Assembly: GCA_964395365.1 (NCBI GenBank)
Contig: CAYNAH010000004.1
Span: 1 to 27,008 of the forward strand
Length of the DNA: 27,008 nt
Source: an uncultured Candidatus Saccharibacteria bacterium
GTDB lineage: Bacteria > Patescibacteriota > Minisyncoccia > Phycocordibacterales > PALSA-1337
Direction of reading: 5' to 3'
Shown: piece after piece, positions 25,917 to 27,008 of the stretch
Position numbering within the stretch: the stretch's first letter is position 1
Layout of the letters: every line of letters begins with the position of its first letter
Translations under genes and position numbers: made by a program
The notes under the pieces: generated by a model
Databases searched by the model: none
Told to the model about the DNA's origin: nothing
The model's input: only the letters and a program-made list of their open reading frames with translations

Positions 25917-25964
25917 GGTTTGTATGAAAGCATGCTAAAATATCCCATATAAAGTTCTAAAACT

Positions 25965-27008
25965 ATGAATGAAGAAAGGATTACATATTTCGGTGAAACT
26001 GATGCTCGAAATAAGAGAGTAAAATTTGGTATTAAGGCTAAAGATCGTACCAAACATGTATACATAATAGGTAAGACAGGTATGGGAAAGTCTACCGTAC
26101 TTGAAAATATGGCTGTTCAGGATATTAAAAATGGTGAAGGTATGGCCTTCATTGATCCACACGGTAAGACTGCTGAACTACTACTAGAATATGTTCCAGA
26201 GCATAGACAAAAGGATGTAGTATATTTTGCTCCTTTTGATATGGAATACCCAATATCTTTCAATGTGCTTGAAAGTGTTGATCCTGATAAACGACACTTG
26301 GTTGTATCTGGACTAATGAGTACGTTTAAGAAGATATGGCAGGATGCATGGTCAGCCCGAATGGAATATATCCTGACAAATACACTACTCGCACTTCTTG
26401 AATACCCAGATGCAACTCTTCTAGGTGTAAACCGAATGCTGTCTGATAAGGAGTATAGAAAGCTGGTGGTGTCATATGTTACAGATGCATCGGTAAAAGC
26501 TTTCTGGACTCAAGAATTTGCAAACTATACCGAAAGAATGGCAGCTGAGGCTGTACCAGCAATACAAAACAAAATTGGTCAGTTCACAGCTAATGCTTTG
26601 ATTAGAAATATGATAGGGCAACCTAAATCATCATTTGATATTCGTACAATGATGGATCAGGGTAAATTGTTCATAATCAACCTATCAAAAGGAAGAATTG
26701 GTGAATCAAATGCAAACCTTCTAGGAGGTATGATAATTACAAAGATATATCTAGCTGCACTTTCTCGTGCTGATGTTCCAGATACCGTACTTAAAAAACT
26801 CCCCAATTTCTATCTCTTCGTAGACGAGTTCCAATCTTTTGCCAATGAATCTTTTGCTGACATTCTCTCTGAGGCCAGAAAATACAAACTAAACCTTACA
26901 ATGGCGCATCAGTATATCGAACAGATGGAGGAGGAGGTAAGAGCAGCAGTTTTTGGTAACGTTGGTACAATGATTGTATTTAGAGTTGGTGCGTTTGATG
27001 CAGAGGTT
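25965..27008 (+). CDS. VirD4/TrwB/TraD-like (DUF87/HerA clade) ATPase, 3' partial
   Basis: Missing from the ORF track because it has no stop in the window. My translation: MNEERITYFG...HVYIIGKTGMGKST (Walker A), FIDPHG, INLSKGRIG, LFVDEFQSF (Walker B), EARKYKLNLTMAHQYIEQ. Confidence 0.9.
   Translation, partial: MNEERITYFGETDARNKRVKFGIKAKDRTKHVYIIGKTGMGKSTVLENMAVQDIKNGEGMAFIDPHGKTAELLLEYVPEHRQKDVVYFAPFDMEYPISFNVLESVDPDKRHLVVSGLMSTFKKIWQDAWSARMEYILTNTLLALLEYPDATLLGVNRMLSDKEYRKLVVSYVTDASVKAFWTQEFANYTERMAAEAVPAIQNKIGQFTANALIRNMIGQPKSSFDIRTMMDQGKLFIINLSKGRIGESNANLLGGMIITKIYLAALSRADVPDTVLKKLPNFYLFVDEFQSFANESFADILSEARKYKLNLTMAHQYIEQMEEEVRAAVFGNVGTMIVFRVGAFDAEV

Larger units (their letters stand above)
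25371..25922 (+). repeat. 552-bp direct repeat, copy 2 (pilin + terminator)
   Basis: Matches 21674-22225 with 4 mismatches. Confidence 0.95.

Noticed and set aside
25865-26162. Two short minus-strand ORFs (66 and 75 aa)
   Set aside because: They overlap the terminator and the ATPase encoded on the plus strand from 25965.
1-27008. CRISPR array, IS element, rRNA, or genetic code 25
   Set aside because: No regularly spaced repeat-spacer array (the 31-bp repeat has two copies around a whole gene), no transposase or rRNA seen, and TGA terminates several complete genes.

Overview
AT-rich bacterial DNA in standard genetic code 11 (TGA ends several genes). The gene set and style look like Patescibacteria/CPR (Parcubacteria-like); this is an inference from gene content. 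Left to right: (1) a partial HExxH membrane protein, recG and a cupredoxin-fold protein; (2) tRNA-Ser(GCT), followed by a roughly 4.3 kb island holding a small ORF, an SDH/ClpP-fold protease, a large serine recombinase, a SAM methyltransferase bracketed by 31-bp imperfect direct repeats, a DUF5681-like protein and tRNA-like remnants; (3) a short asparaginase, a bPH_2 membrane protein, ung, a polysaccharide deacetylase and an FAD-linked oxidase; (4) a second, unusual tRNA-Ser with anticodon ACT; (5) comF and a type IV pilus operon (pilM, N-like, O-like, small ORF, pilB, response regulator, pilT, pilC); (6) two nearly identical pilin genes (552-bp direct repeat, 4 mismatches) bracketing an opposite-strand three-gene cassette (GT-C-like membrane protein, GT2, methyltransferase); (7) a VirD4/TrwB-like ATPase cut by the right edge. 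The best candidates for new biology are the pilin-bracketed glycosylation cassette, the repeat-bounded gene cassette next to the serine recombinase, and tRNA-Ser(ACU). All family assignments come from reading motifs by eye; no searches were run.
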